From: Azolla caroliniana
Lineage: Eukaryota; Plantae; Polypodiophyta
Direction: 5' to 3'
NCBI GenBank assembly: GCA_043228905.1
Contig: JBHGNT010000004.1
Location: 2,046,001-2,110,000, forward strand
DNA length: 64,000 bases
The notes under the pieces were generated by a model. It was not told the origin of the DNA and did not search any database. It saw only the letters and a program-made list of their open reading frames with translations. Of this stretch, positions 25,542-39,770 are shown piece after piece. The translations under genes were made by a program, and so were the position numbers. How positions within the stretch are numbered: the first letter of the stretch is position 1; each line of letters opens with the position of its first letter.

Positions 25542-27789
25542 GTTTACTTGCTGAGTAAGAGTGTAGCATCGGAGTCATAAATAACAATCTGTGCTTTTTT
25601 GTTTCTTTTGGGTGTTTGGTGGCAATGACCCACACCTCTTTAAAGATAGTTCAAGGCAAAACCCTCATAGCTTATGCAATAGTTTAACTCTGCACAAACC
25701 CTTATGGAGCCAACCATATGCACCAATGATGCTCTTTCCACAGCTTTTGATTATCTTTATTATTGGTCTTTTCCATCCTTGACTCATGCAAAATCGGGGG
25801 GTTCCATCCTTCATATCTCTTGATCGATCTGCATCGTCAATGGAGGCTTATCTTCGTAGAAGCAATATTTAGTGGAGGGGTTTTATAATCATTCTTCCTT
25901 TTGGTTCATCATACATGCATGTCGTCTCAATCCTTGGCTCTTTGGTCTTGGAACACATCCTACCATTGTCATCCCATCTATTTGGCTGCAAATGGAGATA
26001 TGGTAGGTTTTTCTCTCCCTTCTCTACAACTTCTAGTTGGTCAAGCCTTACCAATTGACACATTTATATATTTGATGGCCAACCACAACAACATTTGAAC
26101 ACAAATTGGTGGCTTTAGAATGGCAACAACATATAATAACTCATAGAAATCTTACAAGACATGTGACATATCTCTCAAGCATGCATGTATTATCCAAGTG
26201 ATCACTTAATTGGATGTTGATGCTCATTAGAGACAAATTTGTCTACTAGGAATCATAAGCATGGGCTTTCCATGCAATGCGGCCAAAGGTTATGCTATGC
26301 AAATGATTATGTTAAAGGTTTCCTTGGTCAAAGATCAATTTACAAGATATTACATAATAGATTTATTTCGTTCTGTTGACCATCATTCAATACATTAAAT
26401 ATTATTTGGATTTCATGGATCATGATTGTAAACCTAAAAGAATGAGGGAACATGAACTTGAATACATTGTTTGGTTGCCTAATCTTGAACATGGCGAGCA
26501 CCACAATATGGCACATGACAATTGTTATTCAAAGGAGATGGTTTTGACACACAACCCCTCCCCCCAAAATGTTGTAATATAATGTGTTAAGCATGAGCCT
26601 CCACATCTTTGCCACATTCTATATATATATTGGCAAGAATTTGTTGAAGCATCATGAAGCAAGGATAACACATTCTATATCCCAAAGAGCATACACCATC
26701 ATATGAACTCAAAGACAAAGGAATTAGACCACTCAAAAGAGAAATTTATATTAATGCATTAATCTACAACTCTCTCGTGCATCATTTTAAACCCATCTAC
26801 AGTATTTGATGTATTAAATCAAAACCACATTGAAGTATCTATCACATATACCACTAAACAACATCAAAGACACATCATAAGTTGGAACATTACATCTGGC
26901 TCCTGCAGACAATTGTACATATGATCTCGAGATTTTTTCCCACAAACTAGCAGACTAGTGGGTGATTTCTTGAAAGAAAATTTGGATTGGTTAGTGGGCA
27001 GAAACAATTGAGTGTTACTAAAACAAAGGATGAAACGTTTAGAAACAAGATGTAGCATGCAATCCAAGAATAGAGAAAGAGAGAAACTTGTTCATCTTCA
27101 AAAATATCTGCATCACCCTCTTCATCATCATCATTCTCTTCTTCCCCACCTTTAACATCATCGTTATTAACATACAAGAGTCTGAATCTTGGCAAACTTT
27201 TGTTGTAAATCGTTTCAGAATATAACATGGGTTGCTCTTTTGGCTAGCCTTGAATCAATTAAGTAAGATACTATATTGAGTACCTGAGGATTTAAGTGAG
27301 CTTTGGGTTATTTTATGTGTTCACTCTCTTCAGATGGTTTCATCTACCCTGAATGAAAGAAACCCAATAAGCATGCAAAATCAATTGAATGGCCAAGTTT
27401 AATGAATGCCAATCACCATCTACAATGCAAATCTATGAAAGGTTCCTAATCTAATCATATAATCAATTTACAACACTGAAAAGTGTGTTAGTCCAGTGTG
27501 GGGCCACAAAAGTGACATTCCATTAACGTGCTTGGATCCATCAAAAAACTGAAGCTTTGTTTCCCCATTTGACATCACCCGCTCTTAATGCAACCAAAAG
27601 CATTAAGACCACCTACAAAGCAAAGCAAAGGACAAATCACATCCATTTCATACTTAGCTCTCAGTGGAGTAGAAGACTGAAATGTCAACTGGCAAAAGTG
27701 GAGTTTGCATGTATGTAGCGAACATCTTCTTTCAAATCCACAAATATATAGATTTCTTTGTCTTGTGAAACGGGCCATAGAATGCATCC

Positions 27790-30700
27790 TTATGAAGATG
27801 GTCTACGCCTACGAGGTGCCATGTCATCATCACCTTCTAGACTGCTTGCATGTTTTTGCACACTTGTAGACCTATCCCTACTAGATAGTCTATGTGAATC
27901 TCTTCTTCTTATGCCTTCAGTGTCTCTGTCTCTTTGGTATGCATATCCTCGTATAGCATCTCTATAATTGACACCATCTCTTGAACTTCTTTCATAATCA
28001 CCATCTTTTGAATCCATATACCCTCCGTTCTCAATTCTCTTTACCTTTCGAACCACCTCTGAGCTATCATCTCTGGATTTTACAGAATATAAAGAAGAGT
28101 TCAATTCTTCTCTTGAAGGTTTATACCCCTCTCTTGAGGGGTTAAACCCCTCTTTTGAATGGTTAAAACCCTCTCTTGTAGTGGGTGAAGTCCGAGTTCC
28201 AGCCAATACTTGCCAATCTCTTTCGTCCATCAATGAGGAACCATGAACAACATGAGGAGATGTTCTTCCCGAATGTCCATACGAACGCCCCTTAAACTCC
28301 CTCTCACGGAAGCCAGACTCTCCTTCTCTCCTTTCATTAGACCACTTTGGAGGAGGTGGCGACCATTGATTTCTCACTGGGAAACTTCTTGACTCAGGAC
28401 ACATACCACGATTTACACTTTGATTATCTGACGAATGTAACTTATGCGGAGACTCACTTCTATTGAATTCAAATCCTCTACTGCCAAAAGAAGATCTTCC
28501 ATATCTATCCATGTGGCCTCTTCCCCTTGGTTCCATCCCACTATTACTCATCCCCCTATCTAGCCTGCTGGAGAAATTTGATCCACCTTCCACATCAGCA
28601 ATATGATGATGCCCTCCAGCTCCACGACTACTTCCATACGTAGGTCTTGTACTGCCTCGACTTCCACCTCTTGCAACTACACTATCATGAGTTATAAAGC
28701 CACTCTCTACTCTTGATGTTGTATGTGTTGGCCTGTGAGAGCTAAATCCAGACCTTCCTTGACCCCATTGACCTGTAGAGTTACCTTGAGGATCACCACA
28801 TTCATTGGGCCCCTTCAACCGCGATGAATGCCCTGCAGCATCTCTTCCTGATATTCTAACACCCCAGTTATGATCCTCAGCATTGTCATTCATTCTATAA
28901 AAGAAATTACGATAAACTATTATGGAAAATCGTGCCAGGAGAGAAGTTACAAATGCACTCAGAAAAGTAACACATTCCCAAGGAAAACCATAACATATTT
29001 TCCTAGAATAAAGGAGTGCTTACCGTCTTGTGTTGTTAAAGCTTTCTCTTCTATCCTCAACATGCCTCTCTCGATAATGATTCTCACTTCTTGCATTAGT
29101 CGAACCATCTCGTGACAAGTCACGTCCCGATGTGAAACGATGCCCAGAAATTCCTTGAGGTCTTGAAGTGGAGGTCCTCCCACCACGACCACGACGAGCT
29201 ATTAAGGTTTCTCTTGCAGCTTTCAAAGCCTCTTCGGCATTATCGAAACCTATTGGTAACTGATCCCAACCTGTAGATCTAACTCTACCTGTTGTGCAAC
29301 TTCTTTGTAATTCAAGGTTCTCATCTTGCTTTCTCTCTCCTTGACTACTATCAGAGATGGTTTTGCTTCCCCGTGAAACAAGACTACCGGTTTCCTGGTA
29401 TCTGTCGTCTTGAATCAACTCTTTATTATCAAGCTCTATTTCATTTTTATCATCGTCAACATCAGATTCAGATTCAGAAACGCCACTATAATCCATTTGT
29501 TCCTCTGCTTCAAGCACCTCTGGTAGCTCGTTTGTACTACCATCTCTGGTTCTTGACAAGCCTCCATGCCTCCTCCATGTATGTTTCTCATGGGTTTCCA
29601 CTTGAAAAGCATTGGTTTCGAGAGGAGAATCAATTTCAGGTTCACAAAATGCTTCATGGTGCACCTCTTTCAATGGGATTGAACCTGCTATATCATCTCC
29701 GAGCAAACCATTATTAGCATCTACACTTGTGCATTCAACAATACCATGTTCATTATTGTTAACCAAAATAGTGGTTATTGCCACTAGACCTCCCAATCCA
29801 TCCTTCACACAGTTGTTATCGTTCAACTTTGGCTCAATGTCTAGGCTAGCGATTTTCCCTGGATACCCATTGAGCTTATCTTTTCGAATGGGACTAATAT
29901 TGGCTGATTTCTTTTCTTTGGTGGAGTTGGTTATTTTATCCCATGAATCCATTTCTCTATTCAAATCCCAGCAAGATCTGTCATCATGTAGACCATTAAA
30001 GTTAGGCTTCATTCGTGAAATATCCCTCTTTGGTCCCTGTGATGTGACTTCTGGTAATTCATCAATGCCATCGAGGTCTTCCATATTAGTTTCCCTTGAG
30101 ATGACCAATTCTCCATCTTCAACCTCCTGGCTAATATCATCGCATCGGTTTTCATCAGCAGGAACAAAAGAGTTTTCCAAACAATGTAGCATGCTTTTCT
30201 CTATATTAGTCGGAGGTTCATCATGGATTTCAGGATGGATTGCCAGGTACAATAATGATTGTTGTATTGTAGTAGATGAAACTATTTTTGAAAATGGAAT
30301 TGCGGGTTTTGAAAAAACTTCTATGCCTGGAGATAATACATTTGGTGAGGAAATCTTTGTTGATGGAGATTGAGGTTTCGGAGAGGATGCTGTGAGTACT
30401 TCACCATCAGGAAATGAGATCTCTGATGTCAAAGGGTTTGAATGTGGAAGACTTTCAGATTTTCTTTCGGAATTTGTCACGCATAGTAAAGGTTTTGGAG
30501 ACCCTTCCAAAGACAAAGAAATCTCTTTTGAATTCTTTATTGATGGAAATTGAGGCTTAGGAGAGGATCCTATAAGTGCTTCACCTTCAGGAAATGGCCA
30601 CTTTTCTAATGCTGGGGAAATTGTGTCTGGACTCAAAATACTTTGAAGTTGTGTCTCAGGTTCTAGAGAGTGTAATATTGTTTTTTGAGACTCCTCCAAA

Positions 30701-31203
30701 GACAAATAATTCTCATTAGAATCTTCCTCTGATGTTAAAGGTGTGGACCTCAGAGACTGTATACTTGTGTCTTTTGAAGAAGCCACAGATGGTGATAGAC
30801 ATACAAGTTTTGAGCAATGTGACGTTGGTGACAAGTTTGTATCAATTGAATCGAGTGTTGATTTAGTAGAAGAGGGTAAAAGATCCACTCTAATTTTGGA
30901 AGACGGTGTATCAAGTACATATTTTGACGGCGGCGAGTTTTCTAACACTGGTGAGGGTTGTTTTGGTGGAGGTGATGGGGATCTTGAGACTTCAATAATT
31001 TGTATTCTGCGTTTCTTTATAGGTACAAGTGCTGGAACATCATTGAATCGCCACCCAAACCGTGTAGATTCCTGCTGAAATATTGAATCGGTGTATGTTG
31101 ATAAAAATGAATATCCAAGGGAAAAGCCATTCATTCATTCATACTATAGAAATTTCAAAACCCTTAAAGCTACCTTGTCCGACACGATATTCTTGGATTC
31201 CAT
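27790..31203 (-). CDS. Large low-complexity (S/P-rich then R/G/S/D-rich) plant protein, about 1061 aa, function unknown
   Basis: Exons 31203-31174 (MESKNIVSDK), 31074-29024 (NAGNAG acceptor, alternative 31071) and 28894-27790, phases consistent. Conserved-looking motifs VPIKKRR (NLS-like), WDLNREMDSWD (DLN/EAR-like) and GWDQLP.GF; C-terminal APRRRRPSS. Confidence 0.85.
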
Positions 31204-34200
31204 AAGCAATGCCGACTTATCACTTTTTATCTTAGTAACCTGTGGAGAAGGCTGCTATAATGATGGTATTCTCCATATTTGTCCAGAAATTGCTCATCCA
31301 TGGCCTTTTCCTATTTAGCTCGGACTCCTAAACAAATGTAACCCCTGTGTGCAAAGATTGCTTCTCATTGTTACTCTACATGACTGCTTGAATGGAAGCC
31401 CAGGTCATACAAGGAGAGCTTGACCCTTACAACACAAACTTTTGTAGGTCTGGATGTCACTACACAACCTGAGGGGAAAAAATATTGGTTATGGTTCTAT
31501 GGGCGAAATAATTAATGAAACAATAAATTGTGTGTATACGTATGGTTGAAATTAGTAGCCATGGCTTTATAAACATATTTTACTCAACCCAAGGGTTGAA
31601 AACAACCAAATTCATTGCCCTTCTTTACACAATGCTAATAGAAACAGGATCAATATAACATTCCGTATTTAGACAGTGCTATTTAAAAGTGAATCAAGAA
31701 GATGCTATACTATGCACGGATAAAAAGGGAATTTCGCACAACATTATACATTTGGGAAATACTAATAAAAATTAAATTTAAATCAACACTATACATTTAG
31801 GCAATGCTAATAGAAAGTGAATTGACACACTTGTGCACTTTGGCAATGCTAAGCAAGCAGTATAGGGAATGGTAACAAGTCCTGAATTAGCAACAGAATG
31901 TGATGTTCCTAAGCTGGAACTGAACTAGCACAACACTATACATTTAGATAGTGCTCGTTACATAACAAAACACAGATTAACACTATACATTCTAAGCAGT
32001 TCTAAGAAAGTGAGTTTTCCACAGCTCTATGCATTTGGTCAATGCTACTAAAAAGTGAAGTTAACACTACACCATAAGTGACTCAATACAGGACACTATA
32101 CATGTAGCCAGTGCTAATAACAAGTGAATTACGACTCAAATCATACACTGAGTGTGTTAAAGGAAGAAAATTGCAACAACTTTACATGAAAAGTAGAAAT
32201 GCAACATACCAGCGCACATATAGTTCTTCATCAGTGTCTTCAAAAACCAAAATGGTAATCTGATTCCATGGAATTGATCATCCTGTGGCCTCATTCTGTT
32301 GATACGTAAGCAAAAGCAGCTTCGTAGATAAAGAGGGATTATGGGGTTTCATGTTATGCATGTTTCAAATCACGTGTACGCATCCAAGAAAGCCTAGATC
32401 TAGTATTCTGAAACCACTGCTAGTAATAATAGACAGGCGGAAATACTTTCAAACCCTAGAAAAGAAAAACCCTGAGGTTCAGAGGAGCTCTGAGTTCCTT
32501 CAAACGATAGCTGTGTTTGAGCAACTTTACCTGTTTGTTTGTTTGTTTGTTTGTTTGTTTTTTAATTTTCTCTCGGCCTTTCTCTATCTTTCTGGCTTTC
32601 TTTTGCTCTGCTCTGCCTGGAAGCAGGAAGAGGTGGGGATTAGAAGCTTTTCTGTGAAGAAGCAGAGTGAAAAAAACTAAATAAAAGAAATAGGCATGAG
32701 AGAGACAGAGAGAGGGACAGAGGAAGAGAACAGAGAGAAAGGTCAAAAATAATAATAAGAATTGGATGAAGGGGAGATTTGAGGGAGGATGAAAAGCCCC
32801 AAATTCCAATTCTCTCTCTCTTTACCTCTCTCTCTCTCTCTCTCTCTCGCTCTCTCTCTCTCTTTCTGTATGTCATGTCATGTCATGCCCCCCCTCATGA
32901 CTTGTCTCTCTCTCTCCCTCTCTCTTTCTCTGGTTAGTGACTTCTTTAACACTCATGAGTCATCATCATCATGGGGGGGGGGTCTACATCTTGGGTTCGA
33001 GTCTACCGCGCACACACACCTAAACCTCCCGAGTCCTCCAATTACAGTATCTATCTATCACAGATGCCTAGTGTCCGCACCACACAACTCGTCTTGCATC
33101 CGTCCATGGCTCACATCTTGCCTCCACGCCGCACTTCGTCTCTCCATCGTTCTGCCTCAACTCCCCTTTGCATAAAAACCCTCACCCCCGTCTCTACAGG
33201 TAAACTCATCATTAGTTCGTGTCCATTAGACACCTTGCATACCCAGGGTTCGTGTCTGCAGCAAACCCAGATTGTTTGTCGCACGTGGATAACTTACACG
33301 TATCCTATCCCCATAACCATCATGGTCTCTCCTTGTTTGCAAATTCTTAGTTTTGTCTACCGGCATAAACTCTCCTCATTTGCCGCTTGATATAGTTATC
33401 ATGGCTTGCCTCCGCTTTGTTTTCTGTGTGAACTTCCATGTGTACAAGGTTCTGAGTTTCTCCTTTGGGTATCAACTTATGGTTTGTCTCCCCCCCCTAC
33501 TAAACACATGGTTTGTGTTGTTGTATAAACATATATATTATGCCCCCTTTGTATAAACTTATGGTCTACCTCTATGTATGAGTTTCTTATGTTTGCGTGT
33601 ATAAACTTTGACCATGCGTCATTATCAGTTGGATAATCTTTCTAATAGGAAAACTTTAGACCTTGTGATACACTTTAACCAACTTGTAGGGTAAAATGTT
33701 GTCATTAACCTAATAGGTTATGACTCCGTGTTTATATAATCATACGAGTAAGCCCATAACTTGGTTGGTTTGCACGTAGTGTCAACATAGCTATGCAAGT
33801 TTGCTAGGACGATTATATATTGAAAATTAGCTAGGTTTTAGATTACAAAATGTCAACGTTGGAACAAACTAATCCAAATCGTTGTTGCATAAAACACAAA
33901 TCAAAATATAAGTGCATGACTTTGTGCAAACAATGATAACATATCTATGCAAGTTTTCTAGGGCAAATATATATTGAAATTTGGCATAGGTTATACAATC
34001 CAACTAATGTGTTAGGATAAATACTTAAGATATATCTAACAATGGAACATTTAGATTATAAATTGTCAATGTTGGAACAAACCAATCCAAACCATGGTTA
34101 TGTAAAACACAACTCAAAATATAAGTGCATGACTTTGTGCAAACAATGACTCTTCATGAACAACAAATCAAATCAATACATGGTAACACATAACGTTTTT

Positions 34201-34679
34201 CTTCCAAATACACAAAAAAATAGTGATTGGACGTAAAAATAAACGAATAGGATAGTTTGGGAAATTATGAAGCCTTTTGATTTGCTATCAATGTGTTATG
34301 AACCTTAACTAAGAAAGAAGCAACCTAATAAGAAATTGGACTATTCAAACTTCAAAGTGAACAAATAAAGCATGATGTGGTATAGCTATATTTGATTGGA
34401 TTGAATAAATGGAGGTGGACAAATTATTTTTTTTGGAGGGGGGGGGGGGGGGGGTGGGGGAGTATCCCTTTGCCAGCTAAGTTTGAATTTATGTAAACAC
34501 GTTGGGAACAATGATCTTAATTGGATGCAAATATTCTTCAAATCTTCATTTTGTAATGGTAGCAACAATCATGTCATGCTAAGCATTGCAACTACCATAC
34601 TGTGTTTCAACGTGTGTTTCTAATCCTACCTATCAACTCAACATTAACTTTGAGATTAAGATCCTAGTGACAACTACTT

Positions 34680-35135
34680 TCTTTTTTTTTCCAAAGTAAA
34701 GCTACTTTCCCATTAGTTAGGAAGGATTATTACATAGAGTCTATAAGGAGACTTATACACACATCGGGGAGACTTCCTCCGATCAAGCCAAAGAAGATGA
34801 GCCACTTACATTGCCTTGCGGCCTAACTTAATGTAAGAAGCTACCTGTATCCAAGGCGATTCCCTTCAATGTTGCCTAGTACGAGTCGGCTCTTGGGGCC
34901 TACACCGAAGAGAGGGTGGCAGGTGAGTAGGAAACAACCAACGTGGGGGCTGGTAGTTCCACCTCGGGCCACTCCCGCCTTGCATCACCATAGGTGTGTT
35001 CCGCCATTTCTGCCAAAAGCGCAAACGGGCAGTGGTCACGTCGTTGGAGTGGCTGCAAACCTCTTCCGGTTGCCCTCGTAGGCAGCTGATAAGCGCGAAC
35101 CATATGTCCATGATCATTTCCTCCGGGGGCCGTAC
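34680..35135 (-). mobile_element. Short 5'-truncated LINE 3' end with 17-bp target-site duplication
   Basis: CCTAGTGACAACTACTT at 34663-34679 and 35136-35152; T-run at about 34680-34690; ORF remnant MDIWFALISCLRGQ..RFWQKW..RWNYQPPRWLFP resembles the ORF2 ends of the other copies. Confidence 0.9.
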
Positions 35136-35184
35136 CCTAGTGACAACTACTTGAATTAACCTCTTTCTCCTTTTGAGATTTAAG

Positions 35185-35383
35185 TTTTTTTTTTTTCCAA
35201 AAAAGGAGCTACTTTCCCATTAGTTAGGAGATATTTTTACAACAAGACTACAAGTATGTATATAAGTCGAGGAATCACCCCCTGACCAAGTTCAAGAATA
35301 TGAGACTACATACATATCTTCTCTTACTTTCTACTTAATGTAAGTAGGTACATATTGAGAGTTATAAACTAGTGGCAATCAAA
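35185..35383 (-). mobile_element. Very short 3' fragment of the same LINE family
   Basis: Poly-T followed by ccaaa..gctactttcccattagttagga, matching the 3' end of the 34680 copy. Confidence 0.65.
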
Positions 35384-37199
35384 ATTTAAGTAATCTTATT
35401 TAGTACACCAAATTAATGTACGTTTGGTTGGTTTCATTTGTACACGTGAATTATCTTTATAAATCAACTTGCGAGATCTTCATATGTTGACTTCTTGTGC
35501 ACTTCTCACACTAGAGTGATTGTTTGAAGTTTAGCTTTCCAAGCACACATGGTTGGGCATAATTTTACCAACAAGACATGGTTCTACTTTCTTAAGTGGA
35601 TGTGCATGATTTCCCTCACAAATGATACTATGAACATGATCACATCAACAAACATGGTCTTACAAGATGGAGACCATCTTTCTTCTTTAATAAGTAGGCA
35701 TGCCACAATTTTCCTCTTGAATGATGATTTCGTCATCACGGTCCACCCATTTTATCAATGTGATCCATTGAAGAGGGGGCTGCTTATATTTCATTATCAA
35801 CGTCTTGTTATGAGGTACAAAGCTTGTCCAAGCTAGTACAAGCATAAATATAAAAGGTGATCATGCAAAATTGTATATTACCAACATGATGTTGTCACAA
35901 AAAGTGGTTAGGATGTTGTCTACATATAATGATTTGTAGTATTTAAAGGGATTTCGTAGTCCAATGTTGGCTTACATGGATGTCATTTCTTAATTTTCAA
36001 TAGCATAAGGACAAGGACAATTTTGTCACAAGGAGAAGTTGCACATGAAATGGCCATGTTCATGTGTGTATGATCCTAGGTAGTTAGAGATTCACAAAAA
36101 ATAATGTCACGGAGCACAAACATAAAATGAGACCTTTAATTTCATGAGCTTCCCTTACAACCATAAGATATTTTAACAGTACAATCTAGTAAAAACAAAT
36201 AATGTCAACGTTAATAATTGGGTATCACTCAACAACTACCATTGATAGCAATATTTTCAATGTAAACATGTAGCATTGTTCTATATATTTACGATGCTTG
36301 TTAAAGCATTGAGGCATTTGCAAATGCATGATTGCATATTATGTATGATGCAATCATTAATGGACACTTCTTGTTTTATTTTCCAAAAAGCTAAATAACA
36401 ATATACATAGCATGATGGCAGGGCTATGCCATTAGGTGCATCTCATGACATATAACACTTAGCGATGTTGTCTTTAGATCTCATAGAGGATTGTGTCATT
36501 ACATGTGTGTTGCCTTATTATAGGTATATCCATGTAATTATTCCATTTTCTAAGTGGAAAAATCAGAATATCCTCATAATGATTCACTTTTTTCGAGTGA
36601 AAATTAGAATTATCAAGTAATGAATTCACGCACATAGTGATGGGTGGATGTTTACCTTTGTCTACCATGTGAAAAGCTTCTAAATTATTAGTATTCCCTC
36701 ATATCTATCTAATGATCCATGTACTTTTGGTCTTTACGATTGGGCACCCCTTGCATGGTAGACATTGTCTCCATACACAAGGATGTTATTCACAAGTTTC
36801 TTATTTAAATGTCTAATCTATTACCTATCATGCCTAGGGGTGGATGTATTATGTGTTGGTTATGGATATATAGAGTCATTTGGTGTGTCTCATAGGCCAC
36901 ATTGAGCTCTTTTAGAGACGTTGATACCCATCCTCTTCTTCCTTTGTCTATAAATATAATATATATTTATGTATTATCTTGAGCCACTCGTGTTTTCTCT
37001 TTCTCATATTGTGTGCATATGCATACATACATACATGTGTGTATGTACATTTATTAATTGATGTAGCGATTGATTTATTATGGTCTATCCTTCATGTTTG
37101 TAGCCCAATGGTCGTTCCTTAAGACAAGGGTTTTGATCTAACACTATTCTTTGACTAACTTGAGAGATGATTATGGGAACTTATGAGCTTTAATATTGG

Positions 37200-38000
37200 T
37201 TTTGCTATTTTAATATCTTTGATGTCGGAGAAAGTATGAATGAAAATGGTGTTCTTCTCATTGCATCTAATAGGTTGGAGAACGTCAAGAGCCAACACAT
37301 TGTATAGTATGCATGAGATGTTTGATGATCTATTGGGCCAAAATGGAGGATTTAATCCAGTGAATTTTTTATTTAGATGGAGCTTGGTCCTTGTGAGCAT
37401 TCCCCCCCTTTGTTATTGTGGTGACATGTAGGAAACTACCAAGCATGCTCTTTGTTATCTCTTTATTCCAAATAATTAATGTAGGTTGCCTCTTCTCTTA
37501 GGGATTAGCGGTATGGAGGGTTCTCCATTCTAGTTTCCTGTTGTATGAAGCAGATGATGCTTCGGAGGCTATGACAGTCATCAACAGACATCTAATTATT
37601 GTCTGCCTTTTTGAGCAACCTCGTAAGCAAATGCATGCAACCCATGTATGGAAAACAATACATACGATTACATTATGGATATTCTGGAAGTATCGTTGTA
37701 AAAGACGATACGAGTCCATAATTCCTCTTCTCTCAGATACATTGTCGGAATTATGGGGGAGCTTATTGGTGGTTGTGTAGGGGCAATATAACAATATGTT
37801 AGGCTCTTTGAAGGTTGTTTTGAAGAAAAGGAAAAAATTACTGCAATTATGGAGGAAGTTGCCTCTATTCACAGTCTTCTCTAAAGGACCGTTATGGAGA
37901 TATCAACACCCCTAGTCCTTGCCCTGACCGTTTCTTTTGTATAAAATACTCTCTGATTTTACATTTTTGTAGCCCTCTGGCACTTTTCTGATTAAAAAAA
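37200..38000 (+). mobile_element. Degenerate LINE 3' fragment related to the 12290-13909 copy
   Basis: YEADDASEAMTVINRHLIIV..EQPRK..WKYRCKRRY parallels EANDVHEAMTIHNRRLIIV..QQPRK..WKYRCNRLY; ends in an A-run at about 37994-38000. Confidence 0.8.
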
Positions 38001-38349
38001 CATAACTTGCTAAAAATACTTCTCTAGGCTACTCCCTTCTGTTTACATCCATGTCATAGTTCAAATAATGGATTTATGACATAACATTGCACTATATTTA
38101 GTTATTAGCCAATGTATAACTTGGCACGGAAATAATAATCACAACATGGGAGGAAAGTAGCTTGTTTTTGGAAAAATAAATAAATCACGACATGGACTTT
38201 TAATGTTTTGGACTAGGTGGCTAACATGTACATAGAGGTTCACTCAAATTTGCACTTTGTTTGATTGCTTCCAACAAGCATATTGATTAAAAATTGCACA
38301 TATCTTTGATACCTAGTTTCACAATTGTTTAATATGTTTTGATTTCTTA

Positions 38350-39770
38350 TTTTATTTTATTTTATTTTCCCAAAAAAAAAACTCCTTCCATTAGTTATAA
38401 AATTTTACAAATGAGACGATTATGTACAAATCCCTGAAGGGACGCGATAGTTCCATCTTATGTGGATGCCCACTGACTCAAGAAAGGGAGAGGACGACCA
38501 TTGTTGGATGAAGGCTATTCGTTGTCTTTCAACTCCCTCGGAACCGCCCTTAAGGCCATCATATTGGCTCTTAAGAGTGGCTACAATTTCACTCCATATC
38601 TCTTGCAGTAACCTTGTTGGATGTGCGGTTTGGTTGGAGAAGACTCGCCTACATCATTGTTTCCATAGAATCCAAAGGGTTATTGGGTTGACCAATTCCA
38701 ACACCTCTTGAGATTTGTCATTGAGAGGAATGGAGTGGACATTGCCGCTGGAGGAGAAAAGGACCTCTTGTGCTTTTATAACCAAAGTCATCCCCTCCTC
38801 CTTATGCTCGTATCGGCCAATTGCAGCCTGCCATGATAGCCAACATATATTTCCCCACTTGATTGAACCTTGCACCTGGCATAATTGCAACAAGCGGCCA
38901 ACCCCCCGCCATATTCGACGGGACGTTGGGCAGTCCCACAGAGCGTGTCGTATGGATTCTACTGCATGTGGGCACTCTACAAAATTAGGAGAGCTAAGGT
39001 TCCCACGTTGTTATGTATTAATAGCCATTGGAAAGTGGTAATTCGCCTCGCGTGTTGTTGTTTCCAAATTTTCTGCCAAAACTTGATGATTATTGTGGAG
39101 GGAACTTGAAATGTGTGCCAGACCTTCGCAATAGCCGGTTCTCAGACGGCTTGACCAACTAGAATGTGGCGACCCAATCTAGTTGTGAATTGGAAGAAAG
39201 GGATGAGTTTATTTCCTAGCCCCGCGTAGGGATCACGCCATGTCCATTGCAAAGGGTCCCAACTGACCTTACGTAGCCATGTGTTTTCATGAGTACATAT
39301 ATGCCAATCGGGTTGTACTTTGATCGGATCAAGATCTACAATCCATTTATGACCAGTGTACGCGAGTACTCGAATTGCGTTATTCTGTGTTGGTGTCTCA
39401 GTGTCTCGCAATTCAGAGTCTTCGAGTCTGTCTGGTGGTCCCCTACCTCTCGGGATTAGAGATCCCTCCACCTCGTGGCCTATCCATTTCTCCATTGTCG
39501 TCCTTTGAGTAGCAGATTCCCTAATCAGTAGAGCATTAATGATTTCCGATCTCATAGTCCATCCGCCCCTGATTCCATGGAGTATGTTCGCCTGATCTTG
39601 TAGTGGCATTGACATCAACCATCGCCAACATTCTATACTTTTTCCTGGACCTTCTGCAATGTATCCCCATGACAACCCCTTATGTGATCCCAGTAGTTGA
39701 TTAGATTCATCCTTGAGACATGGGTTCCATAGGATACGTTGACTAAGCCAGGTAGTTTTGGATCTCGGTT
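38350..39770 (-). mobile_element. Degenerate LINE 3' portion
   Basis: WLSQRILWNPCL..WDPLQWTW..FTTRLGRHIL; QLCQVQ; PITLWILWKQ; 3' ccattagtt motif and (T/A)-rich tail at about 38350-38400. Confidence 0.8.

Noticed and set aside
29292-31078. Long plus-strand ORFs (e.g. 29612-30373), and likewise 55981-56634 and 10299-10616 on the minus strand
   Set aside because: Antisense shadows of real coding exons.
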